DNA from: Mobula hypostoma
Lineage: Eukaryota
NCBI RefSeq assembly: GCF_963921235.1
Contig: NC_086108.1
Span: forward strand, 23,250,001 to 23,314,000
Direction of reading: 5' to 3'
DNA: 64,000 nt
Part shown: positions 12,866-26,250 of the stretch, in pieces
How positions within the stretch are numbered: position 1 is the stretch's first letter
How the letters are laid out: every line of letters starts with the position of its first letter
The notes under the pieces: model-generated
The model's input: only the letters and a program-made list of their open reading frames with translations
The model's database searches: none
Told to the model about the DNA's origin: nothing
Program-made: the position numbers and the translations under genes

Positions 12866-14630
12866 AAGTTCAAAGTAAATTTATTATCAAAGTATGTATA
12901 CAGTAACTCACCGTATATGACCCTGAGATTAATTTTCTTGTGGGCATACACAGTAAATCCAAGAAACACAATAGAATCAATAAAAGACTGCACCCAACAG
13001 GATGAACAAACAAGCAATGTGCCAAAGGCAACAAACTGTGCAAATACAATAATAAATAAATAAGCAATAAATATTGCGAATGTTAGATGAAGAGTCCTTG
13101 AAAGTGAGTCCACAGGTTTTGGGAAGGTGTCAGTAATGGGGTAAGTGAAGTTATCTCCTTTGGTTCTAGAGCCTGAGCAATAACTGTTCCTGAACCTGGT
13201 GCTGTGGGTCCTGAGGCTCCTGTGCCTTCTCCCTGATGGCAGCAGTGAGAAGAGAGCTTGGCCTGGTTGGTGGGGGTCCTTGATGATACATGCTGCTTTC
13301 CTGTGACAGCACTCTGTATAGATGTGCTCAATGATGGGGAGGGCTTTACCCGTGATGGGCTCCCACTACTTTTTGTAGGAGTTTTCACTCAAGGGCATTG
13401 GTGATTTCATACCAGGCCACGATGTAACCTGTCAACATGCCCCCCTCCCCCACACACATCTATAAAAGTTTGGCAGAGTTTTGGACGACATGCTGAATCT
13501 TCGCAAACCTCGAGGAAAGTGCAGGTGTTGCCGTGACTTCTTTGTAATGGAGCTTAAGTGCTGGACCCAGGACAGATCCTCTGAGATGATAATGCTGAGG
13601 AATTTAATGTTGCAAACCCTCTCCTCCTCTGATCTCCAATGAGGACTGGCTCATAGACCTCTGGTTTCCTCCACCTGAAGTCAATAATCATCTCCTTCGT
13701 CTTGCTGACGTTGACTGAGAGGTTGTTATTGTAGGACTATTCAGTCAGATTTTCAATCTCCTTCCTATATGCTGATTCATCACTACCTTTGATTTGGCCA
13801 ATGACAGTGGGGTCATGGCATTGAAGCTGAGCTTAACCTCACAGTCATAAGTATAAAGTATGACTGCCAGACTGAAGCAATAACCACTCATCCCTAGCAT
13901 CGTTCTGGCCAATATACAGTCATTGGAGAACAAAACAGAGGACCTAAGACCAACAATACAGTATTGGAAGGAAATGAGGGGTTTCTGTGTACTCTGTTTC
14001 AGTGAGGCACAGTTCCCCCTCCCACACTTCAGACACGGCACTCCTGTTGGAGGTATTTTCAATCCACTCGATGGACCAGATGGTGGCATCAGGAAAGGGC
14101 AGAGGTGGTGGTTCCTGCTTCATGGTAAACTCATTGTGGTTCTCAGATGTACCAGTCTTGTCTTGCTCTTGTCCTCCTGACCTGGAACATCTAACAATTA
14201 AGTGTCGACTGTTCTTATCAATTGAGTTCTGCTCCGTAATCCTGGCTGCAGGTTGCATACCGCTAAAGACAGACGTCATGCTAACACTTAATGTATTGAG
14301 TGCCATGATTAACAAACAAGAAACAGCTTATCTGGTGTCTTTCACTTGCTTGCTGGGAACTCCAATCAGGCTTGCTTGAAGAAATCACTGCTCAATTACC
14401 ATCAGCATATCACCTGCAGCCCCAAGGGATCCAACACACTCAGCCAATCTACACTTACTATCAAGAATGCCTACCTTTCCATCCCTTGACAGTATTTCAG
14501 AAAATCTGACCATCTGGTTGTCCTCCTACCTCGATATAGGCAGAGACTAAAGAGACACCAGAGGTAAAGACAACAAAGCGGTGGTCATGCGAATCAGAGG
14601 AGCAGTTGTGTGCTACTTCAAAGGCCGGGC
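12866..14630. mobile_element. Rex1/Babar-type LINE derivative: minus-strand 3' part (12866-13860) joined to a plus-strand endonuclease part (13868-14630)
   Basis: Minus part has a tail starting aagttcaaagtaaatttattatcaaag and RT C-terminal remnants. Plus part translates PSIVLANIQSLENKTEDLR...CVLCFSE, an APE endonuclease start. Confidence 0.75.
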
Positions 14631-14663
14631 ATTGTCAAAAGGGAGGATGCTGGGGCAGACTAG

Positions 14664-16555
14664 AAAGTTCAAAGTAAATTTATTATAAAAATACATATAT
14701 ATCACCATATACAACTCTGAGATTCATTTTCTTGTAGGCATACTCCACAAATCTATAGCATAATAACCATACCAGAATCAATGAAAGACTGCCTAACTTG
14801 GACGTTCAACCAGAGTGCAGAAGATAACAAGCAGCACAAATTCAATGAATGAATAAATAAATAGATAGATAGATAGATAGCAAGAAATATTGAGAACATG
14901 AGATGAAGAGTCTTTGAAAGTGAGTTCATTGATTGTGGGAACATTTCATTGATGGGTAGTAAATGTTCCTGAACCTGGTGGTGTGAGTCCTGATGCTCCT
15001 GTACCCTTTTCCTGATGGCAGCAGTGAGAAGAGAGCTTGTCCTGAGCGATGGGAGTCCCTGATGATGGATGCTGCTTTCCTGTGATAATGTTTCATGTAG
15101 ATGTGCTCAGTGATGGGGAGGGCTTTACCAGTGACGGACTGGGCTGTGATCGCACTACTTCTTGTACAACTTTCTGTTCAGGAACACTGGTGTTTCCACA
15201 CCAGACTGCAATGTAGCTAGTCAATATACTGTCCACAACACATCTATAGAAGTTTATCAAAGTTTTTCGATGTCATGCCAAATCTCTTCAAACTCCTAAG
15301 GAGGTAGAGGCGCTGCTGTGCTTTCTTCATAATTGCATCTACCTGCTGGGCCCAGGACAGGTCCTCCAAAATAATAACACTGAGGAATTTAAATTTGCTG
15401 ACCCTCTCCACCTCTGATCCTCCAATGAGGACTGGCTTGTGGACCTCTGGATTACTACTTCTGAAGTCAATAATCAGCTCCTTGGTCTTGCTGACATTGA
15501 GTAAGAGGTTGTTATTATGGCAACACAGTCAGATTTTCAATATGGTGATTCATCTCCACCTTTGATTCAGTCAGCAAACTTGAATAGGCATTAAAGCTGA
15601 GCTCGAGCCAGACTAAAGCAATGGGGTATGAAATGGCTTCTCACCAGCATTTTGCTAGCTAATGTATAGTCACTAGAGAAAAGGATGGAGGACCAGAAGG
15701 GAAATGAGTGATTGCTGTGTTTTCTGTTTCACTGAGAAATGGATCACACTGGACATGCCAGACTTGGTGATCCTGTCTGCTAGGTTCTCGATCCACCAGA
15801 TGGACAGAACTGCATAACATTCTAGGAAGGTAAGAGGTGGGGGACTGTGTTTCATGATAAATTCTTTGTGGTTCTTGGACATAGTGGTTTTGTCACACGC
15901 TTGTTCTCCCAACCTAGAATGTCTAATGATTAAGTGTCGACCATTCTATTTAACAAGAGAGTTTTCTGCCATGGTCCTGACTGTAATTGCATACCACCAA
16001 GGTAGATGTTAAGCAAGTACTTCATGTTTTGCAGCACACATAAAAGTTGCTGGTGAACGCAGCAGGCCAGGCAGCATCAAAATAACCCATCCCAATGCTT
16101 TTTACATCTTTGCTGGGGACTTCAATTAGGCTAACATGAAGAAATTTCTGCCAGCAGCACATCACCTGCAGCACCAGAAGCCCCAGTACATTTGAACACT
16201 ACTATACTATTATCAAGAATGCCTACTATTACATCCCTTGACTGCATTTTGGGAAATCTGATCATCTGGCTGTCCTCCTCCAATTTGCATATAGGCAGAG
16301 AGTTGAGAGTAAGGCACCGGAGGTAAGGACAACAAAGAAGTGGTTATGGGAGGCAGAGGAGTGGCTGTGGGATTGCTTCAAGTCAGTGGACTGGGCCATG
16401 TTCAAGGACTCATCAGAGGATTTAAATGAATATGCCACCTTTGTTATGGACTTTATAAAATCACTGATGGACAAGCGTATCTCCACAGAATCATGGCTTC
16501 CTCAACCAGAATACCTAGATGAACCAAAAAATTAGAAATCTGCTGAGAGTAGATG
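14664..16555. mobile_element. Second Rex1-type derivative with the same inverted architecture; resumes at about 19965-20320
   Basis: Collinear homology with 12866-14630; strand junction at about 15605. Confidence 0.75.
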
Positions 16556-17620
16556 GCATGCAGGACTGCATTCTTGTATGCTACATAGAGATTTTCAAAA
16601 CAGTTACCAGAAAGGTTGATGAAGGGAAGGGCAGTAGATGTTGTCTACATGGACTTTGACAAAGTCCAGCATGAAAGACTGGTAAAGAAGGTTCAGTTGT
16701 TTGGGAATCAGGATGAGGAGGTAAATTGGATTAGACATTGGCTTCACAGAAGAAGCAAGGGAGTGGTAATAGATGTTTGCCTCTGACTGGTGGTGTACTA
16801 CAGGGATCAATGTTGGGTCTGTTATTGTATGTCATCTATATCAATGACCTGGATTGTAATGTGGTAAAGTGGATCAGTAGATATATGGATGACACCAAGA
16901 TTGGGGATGTAATTGACAGCGAGGAGAGTTATCGAAGATGCAGTGGCATCTGGACCTGCTGGAAAAAAAGGTCTGAAAATTGGTAAATGGAATTTAATGC
17001 TGACATGTGTGAGGTGTTGCACTTTGGGAGGATGATGGAGCTCTGAGGAGCGTGCTAGAACAGAAGCATCTGGGTATACAGATCCATAATTACTTGGAAG
17101 TGACGTCATAAGTAGATGGTGTTGTGAAGAGAGCTTTTGGCACATTGGTCTTCATAAATCAGTATTGAGTATAGGAATTGGGATGTTAGATTGAAATTGT
17201 ATAATACATTGGTGAGGACAAATTTGGAGTACTGTGTGCAATTCTGGTCACTGTCCCATAGGGAAGATATCAATAAGATTGAAAGAGTGCAGAGAAAATT
17301 TACAAGAATATTGTTGGGGCTTGAAGAATTGAGTTTTGGGGATTGATTGAATAAGTTAGGGGAATGAGGGGAGATTTCACAGAAAATAAAAAATTGAGAT
17401 GTTTAAATAGGGTTAAAGCAAGCAAGCTTTTCCACTGAGGTTGGGTGAGACTAGAACTAGAGGTCATAGGTTAAGGGTGAAAGATGAAATATATAAAGGG
17501 AACCTGAGCAGAAGCTTCTTTATGCAGAGGGTGGTGCAAGTGTGGAACAAACCGTGAATAGAACTGGTGGATGTGGGTTCGGTTGCAGCATTTAAGAGAA
17601 GTGTGGATAAGTACATGGAT
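16556..17620 (+). mobile_element. Decayed CR1 RT fragment; its 3' end resumes at 19873-19965
   Basis: Translates GGVLQGSMLGLLLYVIYINDLD...DDTKIG. Split by an insertion with a TGGAT duplication (17616-17620 and 19873-19877). Confidence 0.8.
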
Positions 17621-18791
17621 TCCCCAAAAGCTGCTGGGAAAACTGTCCATGATGAGTCTGAGCAACTCCCACTGTAACTGCTTCTTGGACTTGGTGAAGA
17701 AGAGATCACAGACAGTCCATACTGACAGCAACGTCTCTGGTTCTGTTACATGATGCACTGACACCCCCAGGGCTACATGCTCAGCGCACTGTTGTTTACA
17801 CGGGTAATCCACTACTGTACTGCCAAATCCATTTCTAACTACATCATTAAGTTTGCTGACAACACAACAGTGGTTAGCCCCATCAGCAACATTGATGAAA
17901 ATGTAAACGGGGAGGAGGCAGAGCAGCCTATGGACAGGTGTAAGCATAATAAACTAACCTGAGTCTCAATGTGGACAAGACTAAAGAGATAATTATGGAA
18001 TTCAGGAAGGTGCAGGCAGATCACTCCCTACTGCACATCAGTGGCTTCTTGGTGGAGAGTCAGGAGGACCAAGTTTCTTGGTGCTCACAATACTGACACT
18101 TTGTTTTCGACACCACCTCTTCAGCCAAGAGAGCACAGCATCATCTCCACTTCCTGCTGAGACTAAGGCAAGCGAGGCTTCACCCCAACTCTCAATTCTT
18201 ACTACGTTCTAACAGAGCACATTGGGTGTGTCCTGACCAGCTGCATTATCATCTGGTATGGGAATTTAAATGCATCAGGTCGCAAGACCCTGCAACGGAT
18301 AGTGAGGGCAGCTGAAAACATCACTGGGGTCTCTTCCCCACCCCCTCCTTATTCGGGACATGTCAGAAGCGCTGCCCATGCAGTGCCTGCAGCATTGCCA
18401 AAGACCCCTGCCTCCTTCCCGCCAGCTCTTCAACCTCCTGCCGTCAGGCAGAAGGTAATGCAGCAGAAGAACAATAACTGTCAGGCTGGGTAACAGCCTC
18501 TTCCCCCGGGATGTTAGACTTTGTAGCACCCTGTTGCCACCCAGTACATACGTACACCCTATCTGAATGTCCTCCACTCCCCAACTCACAGACATGCTCT
18601 CATCCTGTGTTGGTCACCTTTCATCTTTTATTGCTGCTGTTACACATATTTACACTGCTACTTGTTTTATTATAATAGCACCAGTAACATTATACTGTCT
18701 CACATAAACATGCATCTCCCACTTTATGTCAACCTGTAAATCTTCAGGCCCTGTCACTCAGGGACTTGTGCCAATGTTATGTGTGACTGTA

Positions 18792-19742
18792 CAGTACTCT
18801 ATAAAAGTCTTAGGCACATATATATAGTCATGGTGCACAGCACTGCATTACATATGTGAGTGATGATAAACCTGATTTTGATATGAACCTCTGTTGTGGA
18901 CTGAAAGTGGGAAGGGGGCAGGGTGTGGTTGGGAAAAGGGAGGGAGCAGGAAGTACTAGGGAGACATTCGGCAATGATCAATAAACCAACTATTTGAAAT
19001 CAAATTACTCTGCCTGGTGTGTCTCACGCTGGGTGCATCTGCACCTGTGCCAAACCTGCCTCTGGCACTCCATCTCTTCCAACCGTCCCATGCCCTTCCC
19101 GTGGCACTCCATCCTCACTTTTCCCGACATCCTTTGCTCCTGCCAGATTTACAAACTCGGTTTCTGCTCCACTTTGACAAATACAGTAAAGTCCTAGGCA
19201 TCCTAGCTATATAGTATATGTGCCTAAGACATTTGAATTGAATTGAGTTTATTACTTACACCCTTCATGTACATGAGTAAAAATCTTTACGTTACATCTC
19301 CATCTAAATGTGCAATGTGCAATTTATAGTAATTTGTAATAAATAGTATGTTCAACAGGACAGTCAATATAACATAGAAATACAATTGTATCAGCGTAAA
19401 TTAATCAGTCTTATGGCCTGGTGGAAGAAGCTGTCCCGAAGCCTGTTGGTCCTGGCTTTTATTCTGTGGTACCGCTTCCCAAATGGTTCCAGCTGGAATA
19501 GTTTGTGGTTGGGGTGACTCAGGTCCCCAATGATCCTCTGGGCCCTTTTTACACACCTGTCTTTGTAAATGTCCTGAATAGTAGGAAGTTGACATCTACA
19601 GATCTGCTGGGCTGTCTGCAGCACTCTCTGCAGAGTCCTGCGATTAAGAGAGGTACAGTTCCCATACCAGGCAGTGATGCAGCCAGTCAGGATGCTCTCA
19701 ATTGTGCCCCCGTAGAAAGTTCTTGGGATTTGCAGAATACTG
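18792..19742. mobile_element. Tc1/mariner-type MITE whose right TIR is split by a Rex1 fragment
   Basis: TA|CAGTACTCTATAAAAGTCTTAGGCAC on the left; GTGCCTAAGACATTTG[insert]CAGAATACTG|TA on the right. Confidence 0.7.
19236..19727 (-). mobile_element. Rex1-type LINE 3' fragment
   Basis: ORF 19391-19624 (LPTIQDIY...RTNRLRDSFFHQAIRLIN), (AATTG)n tail, ATTTG TSD (19231-19235 and 19728-19732). Confidence 0.88.
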
Positions 19743-20514
19743 TATGTGCTGGATCATAACTATATGTGTTGTGTGTGACTATATGTTCTGAATTTTGCAC
19801 CTTGGCGCCGGAGGAACAATGTTTAATTTAGCTGCATACACGTGTATGGTTGAATGACAATAAACTTGAAATTGGATGTGAGGGTAATGGAGGGCTATGA
19901 TCCAGCTGCGGGTCAGCGGACTAGATGGGCGGAAGGGCTAGTTTCTGTGGTGTAATGCTCTATGGTGTTATGACTGGCCATCCAAGAAAGTAGAAGGGGT
20001 CCAGGTATGAGCTCCAGAAATCCATCTCACATGCAAGTTGGCAATTCCAGGCTAAACTTGAATCACACATGGATGCTTGACAACTGTGGCAAGGCTTTAA
20101 TATTATCACTAAAGCAAAACCAAGCAACATAAATGACACCAAGGTATCGCTCCCAATTGAGTTCAATGCCTTTTATGCCCGCTTTGAATGACAACTTGGA
20201 GGCGTCTTCACAAACCCCTACAGCCCCCATTGACCCTGTGATCTCAGTCTCTGAGGCTGACATGAGAGCATACTTTAGGAGGATAAGTACATGAAAAATG
20301 TCTGCCTCAGACAGCATATAAGATTAATTTGGAAAGCAAACATACTAATCATCCACTTGAATGTCTAAATGCAATCATGTTGGATTAAAAAATAAGAATG
20401 TTTGTGTTACTGTTCATACATCCATGTCTTCCCGTCACAAAGGAAAAGAGGTACTTGTCTTAAACTCAGTGATATAAAGTATACCTGATTGAATCAGGTT
20501 TCCATTACGGGAGC

Positions 20515-20900
20515 AAGAATCAATCTGCTGGAGGCACTCAATGGGTCAAGCAGTAGCGGTGTGGACTTGTTGATTTTTCAGGTTGAAACACTATATCAGC
20601 TCTGAGAGCCGAGAGGGAAGATAGCTAGTACAGTATAAAGAAGTAAGGAAAAGAGTTGAGACAGGGACCGATAGGTAATTGATGGACTGAGGAAGGAAAG
20701 GTGATAACGGGTGGATTGAGCTTGTTGGGGAAGGGGAGGAGAGGAGTTGAGAGACAAGAAGCGGGTGGATGTTGGATGGAGGCAGGCAAAATTAAAAAGC
20801 AGATGGAGTTGAGAGGGGGAGGGGAGGATGAAGATGGAGACAGCTAGGAGGGAAAAAAGTGGGAAAACTGAGACTATGGTACTGGGATTTTACAAGTCAG
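20515..20900 (-). mobile_element. Old PLE pseudo-LTR-like remnant
   Basis: atctgctggaggcactcaatgggtcaagcag followed by a purine-rich tract, the same layout as 11441-11860. Confidence 0.45.
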
Positions 20901-21070
20901 AATCAATGCAGGAATGTGATACAAAATGATTAGAACTGGAATCTGATACATCAGCGCCAGAATATGATAGGACAGATTCCAGAGCTGAAATCTGCCCTGG
21001 GAGGCTGGGGCGGGCCAACAAAATGCTGCAAAACATATGACTGCTGCCCTTCATGAGCCAGGCAGGTATC

Positions 21071-23375
21071 ACCCCTTGGGTAAGAGTGACCATAATATGG
21101 TGGAATTCTTCATTAACATGGAGAGTGACGTAGTTAATTCAGAAACAAAGGTTCTGAACTTAAAGAGGGGTAACTTTGAAGGTATGAGACATGAATTAGC
21201 TAAGATAGACTGGCAAATGACACTTCAAGGATTGACGGTGGATATGCAATGGCAAGCATTTAAAGGTTGCATGGATGAACTACAACAATTGTTCATCCCA
21301 GTTTGGCAAAAGAATAAATCAAGGAAGGTAGTGCACCCGTGGCTGACAAGAGAAATTAGGGATAGTATCAATTCCAAAGAAGTAGCATACAAATTAGCCA
21401 GAGAAAGTGGCTCACCTGAGGACTGGGAGAAATTCAGAGTTCAGCAGAGGAGGACAAAGGGCTTAATTAGGAAGGGGAAAAAAGATTATGAGAGAAAACT
21501 GGCAGAGAACATAAAAACGGACTGTAAAAGCTTTTATAGATATGTAAAAAGGAAAAGACTGATAAAGACAAATGTAGGTCCCCTGCAAACAGAAACAGGT
21601 GAATTGATTATGGGGAGCAAGGACATGGCAGACCAATTGAATAATTACTTTGGTTCTGTCTTCACTAAGGAGGACATAAATAATCTTCCAGAAATAGTAA
21701 GGGACAGAGGGTCCAGTGAGATGGAGGAACTGAGCGAAATACATGTTAGTAGGGAAGTGGTGTTAGGTAAATTGAAGGGATTGAAGGCAGATAAATCCCC
21801 AGGGCCAGATGGTCTGCATCCCAGAGTGCTTAAGGAAGTGGCCCAAGAAATAGTGGATGCATTAGTGATAATTTTTCAAAACTCGTTAGATTCTGGACTA
21901 GTTCCTGAGGATTGGAGGGTGGCTAATGTAACCCCACTTTTTAAAAAAGGAGGGAGAGAGAAACCGGGGAATTATAGGCCGGTTAGCCTAACGTCGGTGG
22001 TGGGGAAACTGCTGGAGTCAGTTATCAAGGATGTGATAACAGCACATTTGGAAAGCGGTGAAATGATCGGACAAAGTCAGCATGGATTTGTGAAAGGAAA
22101 ATCATGTCTGACGAATCTCATAGAATTTTTTGAGGATGTAACTAGTAGAGTGGATAGGGGAGAACCAGTGGATGTGGTATATTTGGATTTTCAAAAGGCT
22201 TTTGACAAGGTCCCACATAGGAGATTAGTGTGCAAACTTAAAGCACACGGTATTGGGGGTAAGGTATTGGTGTGGGTGGAGAATTGGTTAGCAGACAGGA
22301 AGCAAAGAGTGGGAATAAACGGGACCTTTTCAGAATGGCAGGCGGTGACTAGTGGGGTACCGCAAGGCTCAGTGCTGGGACCCCAGTTGTTTACAATATA
22401 TATTAATGACTTGGATGAGGGAATTAAATGCAGCATCTCCAAGTTTGCGGATGACACGAAGCTGGGCGGCAGTGTTAGCAGTGAGGAGGATGCTAAGAGG
22501 ATGCAGGGTGACTTGGATAGGTTGGGTGAGTGGGCAAACTCATGGCAGATGCAATTTAATGTGGATAAATGTGAAGTTATCCACTTTGGTGGCAAAAATA
22601 GGAAAACAGATTATTATCTGAATGGTGGCCGATTAGGAAAAGGGGAGGTGCAACGAGACCTGGGTGTCATTATACACCAGTCATTGAAAGTGGGCATGCA
22701 GGTACAGCAGGCGGTGAAAAAGGCGAACGGTATGCTGGCATTTATAGCGAGAGGATTCGAGTACAGGAGCAGGGAGGTACTACTGCAGTTGTACAAGGCC
22801 TTGGTGAGACCACACCTGGAGTATTGTGTGCAGTTTTGGTCCCCTAATCTGAGGAGAGACATCCTTGCCATAGAGGGAGTACAAGAAGGTTCACCAGATT
22901 GATTCCTGGGATGGCAGGTCTTTCATATGAAGAAAGACTGGATGAACTGGGCTTGTACTCGTTGGAATTTAGAAGATTGAGGGGGGATCTGATTGAAACG
23001 TATAAGATCCTAAAGGGATTGGACAGGCTAGATGCGGGAAGATTGTTCCCGATGTTGGGGAGGTCTAGAACGAGGGGTCACAGTTTGAGGATAGAGGGGA
23101 AGCCTTTTAGGACCGAGATTAGGAAAAACTTCTTCACACAGAGAGTGGTGAATCTGTGGAATTCTCTGCCACAGCAAACTGTTGAGGCCAGTTCATTAGC
23201 TATGTTTAAAAGGAAGTTAGATATGGCCCTTGTGGCTACAGGGGTCACGGGGTATGGAGGGAAGGCTGGGTTCTGAGTTGGATGATCAGCCATGATCATA
23301 ATAAATGGCGGTGCAGGCTCGAAGGGCCGAATGGCCTACTCCTGCACCTATTTTCTATGTTTCTATGTTTCTATT
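21071..23375 (+). mobile_element. Young 5'-truncated CR1 LINE with near-intact ORF2 RT
   Basis: 621-aa ORF with KSPGPDG, NYRPVSLT, LDFQKAFD, GVPQGSVLGP and FADD. One frameshift near 22885. (TTTCTATG)n tail. Confidence 0.96.
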
Positions 23376-23644
23376 TCCAAAGGGGTATCCTGGTATCCAG
23401 TGGCAGCACAGATGCATGAGATGTATCAGATTAAGTCAAAATACTATTTGACATTGCAATTAATTGCAAAGTATATTTGATCCCTCTCAACTAAATTACC
23501 AGATATTTAACTGCAACTCAAATGAACATGATATCAGTACCTCTTTTCATGGGATTGTTAGGCACAATTCTAAAACTTGTCTTTTTGTAGGGCTTCCAAG
23601 CAACCAAAATAAAACTCTCATAAAGTAAAATTACATATTTTTAT

Positions 23645-23912
23645 CATACCTTGCTGGGTACTGAAGACTTGTGCTAATCAACTGGCTGGAGTGTTTATGG
23701 CATCTTTGACTCTCTCGCTTCATCATTCTGAAGTATCCATCTGCTTCAGGCAGGCTTTAATCATGCCAGTGCTCAAGAAGAACCTTCTTCATCTTGATAA
23801 CCTGCCTCATTGACTATCGTCCAGTAAGACCTACATCCACTGTATTGAAGTGCTTTCAGAGGGTAGTCATGAAACGTATCACTCCTTCCTGAGCAGTGAC
23901 CTGGATCTACTT
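23645..23912 (+). mobile_element. Rex1-type RT fragment
   Basis: Homologous to 41190-41440 (gactatcgtccagta...gaagtgcttt). Confidence 0.7.
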
Positions 23913-24042
23913 ATGGTCTTAGAAAAGAATCAGCTAAATCAACATAGTTGAGATCAGCAAGAAGGCTGGCATAGCCATGGTAGGCTAACGAACCTGCTTC
24001 TATACTGTACAACTTTGACTCTGTCTGTCGGAATGCATCCAT

Positions 24043-24620
24043 AAGACCATAAGTTGTAGGAGTAGAATTAGCCTATTCAGCCCATTGAGTCTGCTCTGTC
24101 AATCTATCATGGCTGATTTATTATCCCTCTCAACCCCATTCCCCTGCCTCCTCCCTATATTTTTATTCCTTGACTAATCAAAAACCTATCAACCTCTGTT
24201 TTAAATATCCCGAATGACTTGTCCTCCACAGCCATCTGTGGCAATAAATTCCACAGATTCACCATCCTCTGGTGAAAGAAATTTCTCCTTATCTCTGTTC
24301 TAAATGGACATACCTCTATTCTGAGGCTGTGCCCTCTGGCTCTAGACTGTTTCATTATGAGAAGCATCCTCTTCTTGTTCTAGGCCTTTCAATATTGAAT
24401 AGGTTTCAGTGAGATCCCCCTATTCTTCCAAATTCCATTGAGTACTGGCCCAGATCCTTCAAAAGCTCCTCATATATTAACCCTTTTGTTCCTGGAATCA
24501 TTCTCATGAAACTCCTCTGGACCTGCTTAAGTTCCAGCAATTCCTTTCCTAGGTTAGGCGCCTAAAACTGCTCATAATACTTCGAGAGGAGTCTGACCAA
24601 TTCCTTATAAAGCTTCATGT
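24043..24620 (-). mobile_element. CR1 3' fragment
   Basis: ORF 24155-24367 (RGHSLRIE...NFFHQRMVNLWNLLP) and a cataagac tail. Confidence 0.85.
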
Positions 24621-24889
24621 TGTGGATTCTGCTGAGGTGCAGCATTGTTTGGCATGGTGTGCAATTCCCACTGAGTGCAATGTACTGTAAATGGAACGTG
24701 GTCTTTTGTCAATAAAGGTCTTTGATGACATCATAGTAGCTGTGAAGGTATATATTTAAAGAGTTAAGTAAATGGATTACACTGTTAAGTCATTTTTCAT
24801 GACAGGACAGAACAAAACCTGAGTTGCTGAAGCAGAGTGAGGTACAGTGACAGCTCTACTAACTTTATTTTGTGCTGCCTTTTGTTTGG

Positions 24890-25290
24890 ACTTTCAATGC
24901 CTTTGATAAGATGCCTCTAAAGAGATATAACCCAATATTGGTAATATATTGTCTTGGATTAAGAATTAGTTGACAAACAGGAGATAAAGTATAAGAATAA
25001 ATAGGCCACCTCAGGTTTGTGCTGACATGGGGACGGATTCTGGAACCAATCTGTCTCTGAGGAGGAATTTCTTGAGCCAGAGGGTAGTGAATTTGTGTTG
25101 TTCTTTGCCACACACAGCGGTGTGGACAAGTCATTGGGTATATTTAAAGTGGAATTTGAAAGGATTTTGATCAGTTAAGGGTGTCAAAAGTGTCATGGAA
25201 AAGGAACGAGGCTGGGGTTGAGAGGGAATGGTGAATCAGATTTGATGGGCCAAATGGCCTAATTCTGTTCCTCTGATTTATGATCTTAAG
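24890..25290 (+). mobile_element. Internally deleted CR1 remnant
   Basis: RT-like ggactttcaatgcctttgataag followed by the CR1 3' end (cagagggtagtgaatttgtg, gatgggccaaatggcctaattctg). Confidence 0.65.
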
Positions 25291-25964
25291 GTGCTACTGA
25301 GAAGTGTAGATGAGAAATCTACTGAGAAACCCAGAGTGGTGAATTTTTGGAAACCTCTCCCCATGAGTTGTGGAGTGTATTCTGTATCTCACTGCAGTCA
25401 CCCATTCTGTCGAGGAGTTGAATAGCACATGTTCTTATTTCTGACATACATACGTTATGAGTAGGTCATTTAGTCATCATAGACAAGGGAAGCATCATTC
25501 CTGTCTCTAACCTGTGAAGCTTTGCAAAATTGTGTGTGAAGGTGACTCATTCATTAATATCCAAAAGGGCATTAGCCAAGTCTGTTTATCTCCCCTCTTT
25601 GGAGAAACCCAATATTCAGAAATCTAGCGCAGCAACCTGTGTTGCACCAACTGTATTCCATGCATATTTTTGAGAGGAGACCAGATATAAATTCTTGCTT
25701 CTGTCTCTTATTGTTCTTATGTTTTTATGTACCACACCAGGATTACTTAAATTGGTATTGTCACTCAGAACACAGTATAGCCATGTCATGGCTGTCTGCC
25801 ACTCTGGCCATTTCCTGTTTTCCCTTCTGACTTCTAGGAGAAAATACAAAAGCTTTAAAAGCAGGACAAACGTTGACCTATATAGTTAAAGATTAGTTTT
25901 ATTTGCCACATGTGCGTTGAAACATACAGTAAGTGAATCATTTCCGTCAAATCAAAAAAGTGAT

Positions 25965-26250
25965 GATTGTGCTGGGCTTTGGAAAGTATGTCTTTGGAAA
26001 ATGGGAGGAAACTGGAGCACCCAAAGGAAAACCAATACAGTAACAGGAAAAACATACAAAACTCCTTACAGAAGGTCAGAGAAAACGTACAAACTCCTTA
26101 CAGAAGGTCGAAGAAAACGTACAAACTCCTTACAGAAAGTCGGGGAAAATGTACAAACTGCTTACAGATAGAGACAGAAGTTGTCCTTGATCCATGATTG
26201 CTATAAAGCAATGCACAAGCTGTTATGCTACCATGCCACCCTAGTTGCAT
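25965..26250 (-). mobile_element. V-SINE/HE1-like SINE
   Basis: gggaggaaactggagcacccaaaggaaaacc is the reverse complement of the V-domain-like motif seen at 48700-48745. Confidence 0.6.
26049..26168. repeat. Tandem repeat, 32-bp unit, nearly 4 copies, inside the SINE
   Basis: aaacgtacaaactccttacagaaggtcgaaga repeated with few changes. Confidence 0.9.

Larger units (their letters stand above)
17621..19872 (+). mobile_element. Decayed Rex1-type LINE containing nested insertions
   Basis: Translates NYIIKFADNTTVV and [18 protein letters not shown], homologous to 39436-41005. 3' end aatgacaataaacttgaa. Confidence 0.8.

Noticed and set aside
26049..26168. CRISPR-like periodic repeat
   Set aside because: Units are contiguous with no unique spacers, lie inside a SINE in a eukaryotic intron, and have no cas genes nearby.
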